This document shows, piece by piece, positions 55,167 through 64,000 of a DNA stretch of 64,000 nt (its first letter is position 1; every line of letters begins with the position of its first letter). The translations under genes were made by a program, and so were the position numbers. The DNA lies in sequence record NC_006883.2; one strand, 5' to 3'. Under the pieces are notes generated by a model, which was given only the letters and a program-made list of their open reading frames with translations, ran no database searches and was not told where the DNA came from.

Positions 55167-55352
55167 ATGGAAGACATCGTTGATTTGATTGCAACAGATT
55201 CGTCTGCGTCTGATATTAGCGACAAAATAAAGGATATGCTTTATGCTAAATCAGCAGGACGTATTGATGCTATGAAACCACATATAGCGGATACTGTATT
55301 TGCGGAACCAGCAGCATCAGAAGAACCAACTGAACAGGAACAAGAAGAATGA
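55167..55352 (+). CDS. Small acidic prohead core protein (gp67/gp68 position)
   Basis: Between gp20 and gp21; acidic tail. Confidence 0.65.
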   Translation: MEDIVDLIATDSSASDISDKIKDMLYAKSAGRIDAMKPHIADTVFAEPAASEEPTEQEQEE

Positions 55353-55999
55353 AACTGATCACAGAAGAGATTTCTCAGGTAAAAATAATATCTGAAGGTA
55401 AAGGGTCTAATAAGACACTTCATATCGAAGGAGTATTTTTACAGGGAGGCATTAAAAACCGTAACGGTAGGATGTATCCTATAGATACTCTTTCTCGTGA
55501 AGTTGGTAGATATAATGAAAATTTCATTAAAAAAGGACGTGCTTTAGGTGAATTGGGTCATCCCGATGGTCCTACAGTTAACCTTGATAGAGTTTCTCAT
55601 AAAATTACTTGTCTTACTCAAGAGGGTAATAATTTTAGAGGAAAAGCAAAACTTCTTGAAACACCTATGGGTAAGATTGCAAAATCTTTATTAGGTGAAG
55701 GTGTTATGTTAGGTGTTTCTTCTCGTGGAGTTGGATCACTTAAAGAAAATAACCAAGGTTATAAAGTTGTTGGTGAAGATTTTCAATTAGCAACTGCTGC
55801 CGATATAGTGGCAGATCCTTCTGCTCCAGATGCTTTTGTTAACGGCATAATGGAAGGAAAGGAATGGGTTTGGGAAGGAGGAATACTCCGTGAACAACTC
55901 GCAGAAAAAACAAAGAAGGCTATTGATACTTTAGCTGGTCAAAATGCTTTAGAAGAGCATAAGTTAGGTCTATTTAATAATTTTCTAAATAACCTCTAA
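55349..55999 (+). CDS. gp21: Prohead protease gp21
   Basis: NRNGR.YP; GELGHPDGP; GVSSRG.GSL; D.VADPSAP.AFV. Confidence 0.97.
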   Translation: MKLITEEISQVKIISEGKGSNKTLHIEGVFLQGGIKNRNGRMYPIDTLSREVGRYNENFIKKGRALGELGHPDGPTVNLDRVSHKITCLTQEGNNFRGKAKLLETPMGKIAKSLLGEGVMLGVSSRGVGSLKENNQGYKVVGEDFQLATAADIVADPSAPDAFVNGIMEGKEWVWEGGILREQLAEKTKKAIDTLAGQNALEEHKLGLFNNFLNNL

Positions 56000-56011
56000 G
56001 TTTAACAAATC

Positions 56012-56019
56012 TATAAATA
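56012..56019 (+). promoter_or_regulatory. T4 late promoter TATAAATA
   Basis: Exact consensus upstream of gp22. Confidence 0.85.
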
Positions 56020-56070
56020 AGTATAGATTCTTACAAGATTCAGTAAAACACGTTGGTAACAATTCACTAA

Positions 56071-57171
56071 ATGGAAAACATCGAAGAAAACGTAGTAACC
56101 AAAGGTGCAGCTGCAGCAGATCCAGCACCAAAAGCTGGCGTTCCAGTAGAAGACCTTGGTGGACCTACCCCAGAAAACTATCGTCCTGATGACGATTCTG
56201 CAAAACTCAAAGACCCAGCCGCTACATTAGCACAGGTCAAAGACGTTGTTAATGCTAAAGCAGCTAAAGCTGAGGCAGTTTCAGACGAACTAGAAGACGG
56301 TCAGGAAGTTGTTGCTGAAGACGAAGTAGCTACAGAAGAAGGAACTGAAGTAGTTGCTGAAGAAGAAACTTCTGAAGAGGAAGCAACTGAAGTAGTTGCT
56401 GAAGAAGAAGTTACTGAAGAGGAAGTAATCGAAGAAATTAATGTTGAAGAAGATCTTCAAGCATTAATCGCTGGTGAGGAACTATCTGAAGAGTTCCAAG
56501 ATAAAGCAAGAACGATTTTCGAGACCGCAATCAAAACCAAGGTTGTAGAAATTAAAGAAGAACTCAATGAGTCTTATGCTAAAGCTCTAGTTGAAGAACT
56601 AGATACTATTAAGACTGGACTTACAGAAAGAGTTGATTCTTACCTTGAGTACGTTGCTGATGAGTGGGTTCAGGAGAACCAACTTGCAGTAGAAGCAGGT
56701 CTTAAAACAGAAATGACTGAATCCTTCCTAGAAGGTATGAAGTCACTATTTGAAGAACATTATGTAACAATCCCTGAAGAAAAATATGATGTGCTTAATA
56801 GCATGGTAGATAAGCTTGATGAAATGGAGAATAAACTCAATGAGCAGATTGAAAGAAATGTTGCTCTAAACTCTAGATTAGCAGAATCCACAGCAGATGT
56901 AATTTTTGCAGATGTTGCTGAAGGTCTTGCAGACACTCAGAAGGAAAAACTTGCCACTCTTGCAGAAAATGTTGAGTTTGAAAGTGAGACAGACTATCGT
57001 GAGAAACTAGGTACACTTAAGGAATCTTATTTCCCAAGTAAAACTAGTGCTCCAAAAAGCACCTCTGAAAATTTATCAGAAGAGGTATCTACTGAAGAAG
57101 TAGCATCCGAGGAAGTAAATCCTAGAATGCAAGCATACCTTGATACTCTTTCAAGAGCTGCTCATAAGTGA
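56071..57171 (+). CDS. gp22: Prohead core scaffold protein gp22
   Basis: Glu-rich; ELSEEF..KA.TIFE.A; YL.YVA.EW. Confidence 0.95.
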   Translation: MENIEENVVTKGAAAADPAPKAGVPVEDLGGPTPENYRPDDDSAKLKDPAATLAQVKDVVNAKAAKAEAVSDELEDGQEVVAEDEVATEEGTEVVAEEETSEEEATEVVAEEEVTEEEVIEEINVEEDLQALIAGEELSEEFQDKARTIFETAIKTKVVEIKEELNESYAKALVEELDTIKTGLTERVDSYLEYVADEWVQENQLAVEAGLKTEMTESFLEGMKSLFEEHYVTIPEEKYDVLNSMVDKLDEMENKLNEQIERNVALNSRLAESTADVIFADVAEGLADTQKEKLATLAENVEFESETDYREKLGTLKESYFPSKTSAPKSTSENLSEEVSTEEVASEEVNPRMQAYLDTLSRAAHK

Positions 57172-57219
57172 TTTTTAAATTATTAAATTCAAACAATAAA
57201 CCGTAAGAGGTAAACTCAA

Positions 57220-58632
57220 ATGCAGATGTTCAATTCTGAATATCTACAGGAAAAGTGGGCTCCTATTCTAGACTATGATGGACTTGATCCAATCAAAGAT
57301 TCTCATAGAAGAAGCGTAACCGCAGTCCTGTTAGAAAACCAAGAAAAAGAATTAAGGGAAGAGCGTAACTTCCTATCCGAAGCTCCCAACGTTAACACCA
57401 ATAGTGGTGCTACAGCAGGTTTCTCTGCCGATGCTACTGCTGCTGGTCCAGTTGCTGGTTTCGACCCCGTTCTGATTTCATTAATCAGACGTTCAATGCC
57501 AAACTTGGTCGCTTATGACCTTGCTGGCGTTCAGCCTATGAATGGTCCTACTGGACTTATTTTCGCAATGCGTTCTCGCTACAAGACTCAGTCTGGTACA
57601 GAAGCATTATTCAACGAAGCAGACACCGCATTCTCAGGACAACCTGATGGATTGGATGACACTTCAGGTTTCACCGCTACTGGTGCTAACAACGTTGGTT
57701 TGGGTACAACAGCACAACAGGGTTCTAACCCAGGGTTGTTGAATTCAACTGCTGCTCAAACAAATGCTACTGACTACAACGTTGGTCAGGGTATGCGTAC
57801 AGACTCTGCTGAAGATCTAGGTGATGGAACTGGCGACCAGTTCAACCAGATGGCATTCAGCATCGAGAAAGTAACAGTTACTGCGAAATCTCGTGCGTTG
57901 AAAGCTGAGTACTCACTAGAGCTTGCTCAAGACCTCAAGGCAATCCACGGTTTGAATGCAGAAGCAGAACTTGCTAACATTCTTTCTACTGAGATCCTTG
58001 CGGAAATCAACAGAGAAGTTATCAGAACTATCTACAACGTAGCAGAGCCTGGTGCTCAAGCAAACGTTGCTGCTGCTGGAACATTCGACCTTGACACCGA
58101 TTCAAACGGTAGATGGTCAGTTGAGAAGTTCAAAGGACTTATCTTCCAGATCGAGCGTGATGCCAACGCTATCGCACAAAGAACTCGTCGTGGAAAGGGT
58201 AACATGATCCTTTGTTCCGCAGACGTTGCTTCTGCTCTAACAATGGCTGGTGTTCTCGATTACACTCCTGCACTTAACGCTAACCTTAATGTAGATGATA
58301 CAGGCAATACATTTGCTGGTATTCTTCAAGGTAAGTATCGTGTATACATCGATCCTTTCTCTGCTTCTGGTGGAGCCGCTGCTACTCAGTACTACGTAGT
58401 TGGTTATAAGGGTTCATCTCCTTATGACGCTGGATTATTCTACTGCCCATACGTTCCTCTACAGATGGTTCGTGCGGTTGGTCAGGATACATTCCAACCT
58501 AAGATTGGCTTTAAGACAAGATACGGTCTTGTTGAGAACCCATTCTCTCAAGGAACTACACAGGGACTTGGAACACTTACACGTAACTCTAACCGTTACT
58601 ACAGAAGAGTTAAGGTTGCTAACCTTATGTAA
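57220..58632 (+). CDS. gp23: Major capsid protein gp23
   Basis: L.EKW.P.L; GVQPMNGPTGLIFAMR; AKSRALKAEYS.ELAQDL; FQPKIGFKTRYG. Confidence 0.99.
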   Translation: MQMFNSEYLQEKWAPILDYDGLDPIKDSHRRSVTAVLLENQEKELREERNFLSEAPNVNTNSGATAGFSADATAAGPVAGFDPVLISLIRRSMPNLVAYDLAGVQPMNGPTGLIFAMRSRYKTQSGTEALFNEADTAFSGQPDGLDDTSGFTATGANNVGLGTTAQQGSNPGLLNSTAAQTNATDYNVGQGMRTDSAEDLGDGTGDQFNQMAFSIEKVTVTAKSRALKAEYSLELAQDLKAIHGLNAEAELANILSTEILAEINREVIRTIYNVAEPGAQANVAAAGTFDLDTDSNGRWSVEKFKGLIFQIERDANAIAQRTRRGKGNMILCSADVASALTMAGVLDYTPALNANLNVDDTGNTFAGILQGKYRVYIDPFSASGGAAATQYYVVGYKGSSPYDAGLFYCPYVPLQMVRAVGQDTFQPKIGFKTRYGLVENPFSQGTTQGLGTLTRNSNRYYRRVKVANLM

Positions 58633-58655
58633 GATAGTTGCTTATATCTTCAAAG

Positions 58656-58682
58656 AGCACTCCTTCGGGGGTGCTTTTTTTT
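58656..58682 (+). terminator. Intrinsic terminator after gp23
   Basis: AGCACTCC-TTCG-GGGGTGCT stem-loop plus T tract. Confidence 0.9.
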
Positions 58683-58721
58683 GTCTACATATGTTATAAT
58701 AATACTAAATGAGAGTTTGAA

Positions 58722-59306
58722 GTGAAAATAGATCATCAACCATTATTTCCAACACCTTTATTTGAAATTACAGGATTGGAAATTGATAATGAAAAATTGG
58801 CAAAAGACATATATGACTTGCAAAAGAAAGATGAAGGTGTAAAGGATGGATATTCAAATTGGGGTGGGTGGCATAGTAAAGCTCAATATGGTAATGAAAT
58901 TGATGAAATTTTTAAACCATTAATAGATTCCTTTATAAAACTTCTACCAGATTTTGGATTTAATCCAAAAATAACAGAAGTTTGTAATTTAGTTCTATGG
59001 GCAAATATAAATCCCAAAGGATCTTACAACACTACACATAATCATCCAGGATGCGATCTTTCTGGTGTTTATTATGTTAAAGTTCCCGAAGGAGAATGTG
59101 GTAATATAAATTTTCTCGATCCTAGACCTGCTTTAAATTATGGAAATTCTTTTATTGTTGAAAGGTATGTTGGTGGCGATTCAGTTCCAAGATATCCTGT
59201 AGAGGGGAATATGTATGTGTTCCCTTCTAGTTTACAGCATAGTGTAGGAACTAATCTAGTAGATGATGATAGAATTTCAATAGCATTTAATTTAAACGTA
59301 AGATGA
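58722..59306 (+). CDS. Putative 2OG-Fe(II) oxygenase (TIGR02466-like)
   Basis: WANIN..GSYN..HNHP...SGVYY...DPR...FPS.L.H.V..N...RISIAFN. Confidence 0.9.
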   Translation: MKIDHQPLFPTPLFEITGLEIDNEKLAKDIYDLQKKDEGVKDGYSNWGGWHSKAQYGNEIDEIFKPLIDSFIKLLPDFGFNPKITEVCNLVLWANINPKGSYNTTHNHPGCDLSGVYYVKVPEGECGNINFLDPRPALNYGNSFIVERYVGGDSVPRYPVEGNMYVFPSSLQHSVGTNLVDDDRISIAFNLNVR

Positions 59307-59327
59307 TAAATAGTTAAAAAATTAATA

Positions 59328-59861
59328 ATGTCTGGACCATTCGCATCGCAAATACAAAATAGAAATTATCTATCAGGTATAGGTTTTAAATTTAATCTTG
59401 GTAAGTACCCCAAGGTGGATTTTTTTTCTAATAGTGCTAGAATACCAGAGTTATCTTTGGCAGTCGCTACTCAACCATCATATCTAAAAGATATTGATAT
59501 TCCTGGTGAGAAATTAACTTATGGAGATTTCACTCTTAGATTCTTAGTTGATGAAGATATGGAAAACTATATGTCAGTATATAATTGGTTAAATGGATTA
59601 GGGTTTCCAGAATCAGCAAAAGATTTTAAAGATTTAACTACAGATAAAACTGGTATAAGAGATATGAAAGAACAGTTTTGTGATGGAACACTTAGAATAT
59701 TGAATAGTAATCTTAGAGAAGTTGCAAAGGTTAAATTTAAAGATCTATTTCCAATTTCATTAACATCACTAGACTTTGATGCCACTAGTTCTGATGTACA
59801 ATATCTCACAGCAGAAGCATCATTCAAATATACTATATACGAATTAACCAGTTCTAAATGA
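59328..59861 (+). CDS. gp3: Tail completion protein gp3
   Basis: NRNYLS..GFKF; PG.KL.YGD..LRF.VDE...NY; F.DLFP.SL..L.FD. Confidence 0.9.
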   Translation: MSGPFASQIQNRNYLSGIGFKFNLGKYPKVDFFSNSARIPELSLAVATQPSYLKDIDIPGEKLTYGDFTLRFLVDEDMENYMSVYNWLNGLGFPESAKDFKDLTTDKTGIRDMKEQFCDGTLRILNSNLREVAKVKFKDLFPISLTSLDFDATSSDVQYLTAEASFKYTIYELTSSK

Positions 59862-60286
59862 ATCTTGATAAAATTCAGGAGATGTGGGAGCGTGATGCTG
59901 TCATTGACCCTGATAATCTACATGATGAATCCTTGAAGATTCCCCAATTACACTCAAAGTATTATACAGTTTATAATACAGTTACTTTGATGCGTGAAAA
60001 AGCAAGAGAGCAATATAATAAAACAAGATTGGAAAGGCATAATTACTATACTGGTAAAGCACCAGCAGAGGTTTATATTGAGGAACCTTTTGGATATAAG
60101 GTAAGAGAAAAGGATGCCATACAGAGGTATATGGAAGCAGATGAGAAGATGTCAAAGATAGATCTTAAAATAAGATATTATGATACTACATTAAAGTTTT
60201 TAGAAGAGATAATTAAAAACATTTCTAATAGAACTTTTCAAATAAAAAATGCAATAGAATGGAATAAGTTCCAAGCAGGTATGTAA
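59858..60286 (+). CDS. uvsY: Recombination mediator UvsY
   Basis: W..D..ID...L..ESL.IP.LH.KY; IKNAIEW.KF..G. Confidence 0.93.
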   Translation: MNLDKIQEMWERDAVIDPDNLHDESLKIPQLHSKYYTVYNTVTLMREKAREQYNKTRLERHNYYTGKAPAEVYIEEPFGYKVREKDAIQRYMEADEKMSKIDLKIRYYDTTLKFLEEIIKNISNRTFQIKNAIEWNKFQAGM

Positions 60287-60313
60287 TAAATACTTTATAT
60301 TTTCAATAACTTC

Positions 60314-60538
60314 ATGGATCATCATTCTGGTGAGACTGATGAATGGGTAGTTGAGATTAAGATGGGCATCCAAGAAATTAGGTTGCTTTACCATCATATA
60401 AACGATTCCTTATATGGACCTTATCCAAAAAAGTCCGTATATTCAATAGATCAGCTTGCATATCTACGTGCATTAAAAAATAAATTGTTTGCGATAATTT
60501 GCGAATATAGTTATGATATGGAAGAATTTGATAAATAA
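60314..60538 (+). CDS. Hypothetical protein, 74 aa
   Basis: ORF track; late-like AATAAATA at 60285-60292. Confidence 0.65.
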   Translation: MDHHSGETDEWVVEIKMGIQEIRLLYHHINDSLYGPYPKKSVYSIDQLAYLRALKNKLFAIICEYSYDMEEFDK

Positions 60539-60561
60539 AGTATAAAGTAATTTTTGTTACG

Positions 60562-60717
60562 ATGAAGCCAACTCCAAAAGAAAGCAAGAAAATCCACGAG
60601 AACTATGAGAAAGTTGTGGGACATCTTATTGAAGAAAAGTATGCTGTAGATGCTGAAGCAGCAGATAAGATTATTTCAGGTATGAGTCAAGAATGGTTTG
60701 ATACCATCGTAGGATAA
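60562..60717 (+). CDS. Small protein, 51 aa (HLIEEKYAVDAEAADKIISGMSQEW)
   Basis: Read manually; coupled to the next ORF. Confidence 0.65.
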   Translation: MKPTPKESKKIHENYEKVVGHLIEEKYAVDAEAADKIISGMSQEWFDTIVG

Positions 60718-60866
60718 TGTCAGCACAAGGATTTACAGATAACGCTACAAAATATACTATCGACACTAAGTCAGTTGCTGCAAGTAGAAAAGCATTTAAA
60801 GCTGGAAATATTGATTTAAGAACTCACGTAAGAAATTTATTGGGTGCTAAATCTTTAGTTAAGTAG
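60717..60866 (+). CDS. Small basic protein, 49 aa
   Basis: Read manually; TAATG coupling. Confidence 0.5.
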   Translation: MSAQGFTDNATKYTIDTKSVAASRKAFKAGNIDLRTHVRNLLGAKSLVK

Positions 60867-60907
60867 GAAAAATAAGTCTCTAAATAATCCTACGTTGGTA
60901 TAGGATT

Positions 60908-62371
60908 ATGAGTCATTTGATTATATCAAAGAAGAATGAAGTTCATCTGCACATAGAAGCAGAGGCACATGTGTATTATGAATTATCCGACCAATTCACT
61001 TTTGAAGTGCCTGGTGCAAAGTTTATGCCCCACTATCAAAAGAAACACTGGGATGGTAAGATACGATTATTCAGTACTCAAACAGGCGACATATATGTTG
61101 GACTATTAGATAGAATAGTTCAATTTTGTAAAGATCACGGATATACTTACGAATTTAAAGAAAACAAATATTATGGACTACCGTTTGAAGTCAACGATAT
61201 GATTTCAAAGGAGGGTGTTAAAGATTATATGACTGCAATCTCTAAGCATAAACCTAGAGATTATCAGATTGATGGAGTATACGACGCTTTAAAACATAAT
61301 AGAAAATTATTGATATCTCCAACTGCTTCTGGAAAGTCTTTGATGATATACGGGATTGTGAGATATTTCGTTGAAAAAAAGCAAAATACTTTGATAGTTG
61401 TTCCAACGACTTCCCTTGTAGAGCAAATGTATAAAGACTTTGCAGACTATGGATGGGATGTTGGTTCATATTGTCATAAGATATACGCTGGTAGAGAAAG
61501 AGAAACAGATTCTCAAGTTATTATTACAACGTGGCAATCAATATACAAATTACCTAGAAAATACTTTGATAGATTTTCTACGGTTATTGGAGATGAAGCA
61601 CACCAGTTTAAGTCGAAGTCACTTATATCTATAATGACTAAATTGGGTAATGCAAAATATCGTTATGGATTCACAGGAACCTTAGATGGATCAGAAACTC
61701 ATAAGTGGGTTTTAGAAGGTTTGTTTGGTCCTTCCTATAAGATTATCAAAACTGATGAACTGATGAAGAAGGGGCATCTTGCCACTTTGGATATCAATGT
61801 GCTTCTATTGAAACACCCACCGAATAAATTTGAATGCTTTGAAGATGAAGTTCAATACATTATTGGTCATGAGAAAAGAAATCGACTAATTCGTAACCTT
61901 GCTTTAGATCTTAAAGGTAATACTCTTATTCTATTTGCAAGGGTAGAAGCACACGGAGAACCTTTATATGAGATGATAAATAGTAATGTTGTGGAGGAAC
62001 GTAATGTCTTTTTTGTTCATGGTGGAGTGGATACCCAAGACCGAGAGAGAGTTCGAGAAATCACTGAGCAAGAGAATAATGCGATTATCGTGGCCTCGTA
62101 TGGAACCTTTTCCACTGGTATTAACATCAAGAATTTACACAACATAATATTCGCTTCTCCTTCTAAATCTAGAATCAGAAATTTACAATCTATCGGGAGG
62201 GTTCTTAGAAAAGGTAATCAAAAATCTAAAGCTACTTTATATGATATTGCCGATGATATTAGTAGTAAGTCTAGAAAAAATTATACGTTAAATCATTTGA
62301 TAGAAAGAATTAAAATTTATAATGAAGAAAACTTTAATTATGATATTGTAAATATACCGCTTAAGAAATAA
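60908..62371 (+). CDS. uvsW: SF2 DNA helicase UvsW
   Basis: SPTASGKS, DEAH, GFTGT, SYGTFSTGINI, QSIGRVLR. Confidence 0.97.
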   Translation: MSHLIISKKNEVHLHIEAEAHVYYELSDQFTFEVPGAKFMPHYQKKHWDGKIRLFSTQTGDIYVGLLDRIVQFCKDHGYTYEFKENKYYGLPFEVNDMISKEGVKDYMTAISKHKPRDYQIDGVYDALKHNRKLLISPTASGKSLMIYGIVRYFVEKKQNTLIVVPTTSLVEQMYKDFADYGWDVGSYCHKIYAGRERETDSQVIITTWQSIYKLPRKYFDRFSTVIGDEAHQFKSKSLISIMTKLGNAKYRYGFTGTLDGSETHKWVLEGLFGPSYKIIKTDELMKKGHLATLDINVLLLKHPPNKFECFEDEVQYIIGHEKRNRLIRNLALDLKGNTLILFARVEAHGEPLYEMINSNVVEERNVFFVHGGVDTQDRERVREITEQENNAIIVASYGTFSTGINIKNLHNIIFASPSKSRIRNLQSIGRVLRKGNQKSKATLYDIADDISSKSRKNYTLNHLIERIKIYNEENFNYDIVNIPLKK

Positions 62372-62784
62372 TGGGAGAAGAATTCTACGGAGTCATAAAG
62401 TTAGTAACTGGAGAAGAAATCTTTGCTTTGATTTCTGTAGAGGAAAATGACCACGGTAATCCAGTTGTTTTAGTTCAAACTCCTGTAGTTATGAAGGTAT
62501 TAAGTCATGCTCATGGACAGTATGTAAAAATAAAACCTTGGTTAGAATTAGCTGATGAAGATATGTACTTAATTAATTATGATAGAGTTGTTACAATGAC
62601 TCAAGTAAAAGATTCTGATTTAATTGGTTTCTATGAAAGATATCTTAAAGATGATGAAGTAGATATTGAATTAGATGGTAAAGTTAAACTTCATGAAAAT
62701 ATGGGATTTATATCAACTGTAGACGATGCTCGTAAAAAACTTGAAGATATCTTTAAAAATACTAATAAACCTGAAGAAGATTAA
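62371..62784 (+). CDS. Conserved T4-like hypothetical protein (Sm-like beta fold possible), 137 aa
   Basis: IKLVTGEEI motif; usual position between uvsW and gp55. Confidence 0.75.
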   Translation: MGEEFYGVIKLVTGEEIFALISVEENDHGNPVVLVQTPVVMKVLSHAHGQYVKIKPWLELADEDMYLINYDRVVTMTQVKDSDLIGFYERYLKDDEVDIELDGKVKLHENMGFISTVDDARKKLEDIFKNTNKPEED

Positions 62785-62811
62785 AGCCATCCCATCAACC
62801 CTTACAGAGTT

Positions 62812-62840
62812 ATTGTACTGATATTTTGTTACCTTGTCAA
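62812..62840 (-). promoter_or_regulatory. Antisense sigma70 promoter TTGACA-N17-TACAAT
   Basis: tgtcaa at 62835-62840 and attgta at 62812-62817. Confidence 0.6.
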
Positions 62841-62862
62841 GTCGAGTAAATAATGTTATAAT
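62834..62862 (+). promoter_or_regulatory. Sigma70 promoter TTGTCA-N17-TATAAT for gp55
   Basis: Correct spacing, intergenic. Confidence 0.75.
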
Positions 62863-62895
62863 ATAAACAATTATTAATAAGGATATATTAATGTT

Positions 62896-63375
62896 ATGGC
62901 TAAGAAGAAATCAGAACATTATGTTAATAATAAAGAACTCTTAGCAGCGTTAATAGATTATCGTGCTGAAGTTGCTGTAGCAAAATCAAAGGATTTACCT
63001 AAACCACGTATTAGTAATTACCTTGGATCTTGTTTTTTAAAGATTGCTACACACCTTTCTTATAAACCAAACTTTGTAAACTATATGTTTAGAGATGATA
63101 TGATCTCTGATGGTATAGAGAATTGTGTACAATACATTCATAATTTTGATCCTAATAAGTCTAGAAATCCATTTGCTTACTTTACTCAGATCATTCATTA
63201 TGCTTTTTTAAGAAGGATTCAGAAAGAGAAGAAGCAATTAGAAATTAAGACAAAGATAATTGAGAAAACTGGATTTGATGAAGTTATGGTGGTTGATGAT
63301 GGAGCACTTACTGGTAGTAGTTCCGATTATAATACTATCAAAGATAATATTCAGTATAAGTCTGGTAATAGATGA
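62896..63375 (+). CDS. gp55: Late-transcription sigma factor gp55
   Basis: HYVNNKE; NFVNY.FR.DMISDG.ENC; NPFAYFTQI..YAFLRRI.KEK. Confidence 0.97.
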   Translation: MAKKKSEHYVNNKELLAALIDYRAEVAVAKSKDLPKPRISNYLGSCFLKIATHLSYKPNFVNYMFRDDMISDGIENCVQYIHNFDPNKSRNPFAYFTQIIHYAFLRRIQKEKKQLEIKTKIIEKTGFDEVMVVDDGALTGSSSDYNTIKDNIQYKSGNR

Positions 63376-64000
63376 AGATAGCGATAATAACGGATCAGCA
63401 CTTCGGTGCTCGTAAAGGATCTAAATCATTTCATTCTTATTTCAAAAAGTTTTACGATAATGTCTTTTTCCCATATTTGGAAGAACACAAAATCGATACT
63501 GTTATTGATATGGGTGATACCTTTGATAATCGTAGATCTATAGATTTATGGTCTATTGATTGGGCAAAGGAGACTTACTTTGATAGGCTCCAAGAAATGG
63601 GAATAACACTTCATAGTGTTGTTGGTAATCATACTGCTTATTATAAAGATACGAATGAAGTTAATACTATAGATCTGTTATTAAAAGAATATAATAATAT
63701 AACAACCTATTCCGAAACAACTTCTATTGAAGTGGGTGGATGTAATATTCTTCTTGTTCCTTGGATTAATGAAGAGAACAGGGAAATGAGTTTGGGACTT
63801 ATTAAGAAGTCAAAGGCTCCTGTTTGTATGGGGCATCTTGAGTTGAATGGATTTGTTGCTACTGCTGGTCATGTAATGGATCATGGTATGGATATGGATC
63901 CTTTTAAGAAGTTTAAAAAGGTTTATTCTGGTCATTATCATACAAGATCTAATGTTGGTAATATCTACTATCTTGGTAATCCTTATGAGATGTTCTGGAA
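63372..64000 (+). CDS. gp47: Recombination endonuclease subunit gp47 (Mre11/SbcD-like), truncated by the window end
   Basis: Read manually: MKIAIITDQHFGARK...MGDTFDNR...VGNH...GHLEL...SGHYH. Confidence 0.95.
   Translation, partial: MKIAIITDQHFGARKGSKSFHSYFKKFYDNVFFPYLEEHKIDTVIDMGDTFDNRRSIDLWSIDWAKETYFDRLQEMGITLHSVVGNHTAYYKDTNEVNTIDLLLKEYNNITTYSETTSIEVGGCNILLVPWINEENREMSLGLIKKSKAPVCMGHLELNGFVATAGHVMDHGMDMDPFKKFKKVYSGHYHTRSNVGNIYYLGNPYEMFW

Noticed and set aside
48938-58632. Introns, inteins or homing endonucleases in gp17-gp23
   Set aside because: ORFs are continuous and of ordinary length; no LAGLIDADG, HNH, GIY-YIG or intein motifs noticed

Overview
64-kb segment of an AT-rich T4-like marine cyanomyovirus genome (Prochlorococcus/Synechococcus phage type). 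Almost all genes are on the + strand. (1) 1-7200 is an accessory/early region of small ORFs. It holds a PvuII-like endonuclease, a family of unusual promoters (10-bp AACTGGCACA box, often half of a 24-bp dyad, then a sequence-variable hairpin in place of the -35, then a -10 box about 30 nt downstream) and a ~1-kb ORF-free control region with iteron-like repeats, opposed promoters and candidate ncRNAs. (2) 7200-10600 has 2OG-Fe(II) oxygenases and a GT-A glycosyltransferase-like gene. (3) 10655-58632 is the virion module: gp25, gp6, a 5195-aa gp7 with nested repeats, gp8, a VrlC/DUF4815-like protein, fibre, gp13-gp23, and inserted candidate internal-head proteins. (4) 58722-64000 has an oxygenase, gp3, uvsY, uvsW, gp55 and the start of gp47. 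All family assignments come from motif recognition by eye and from synteny; no database search was run.
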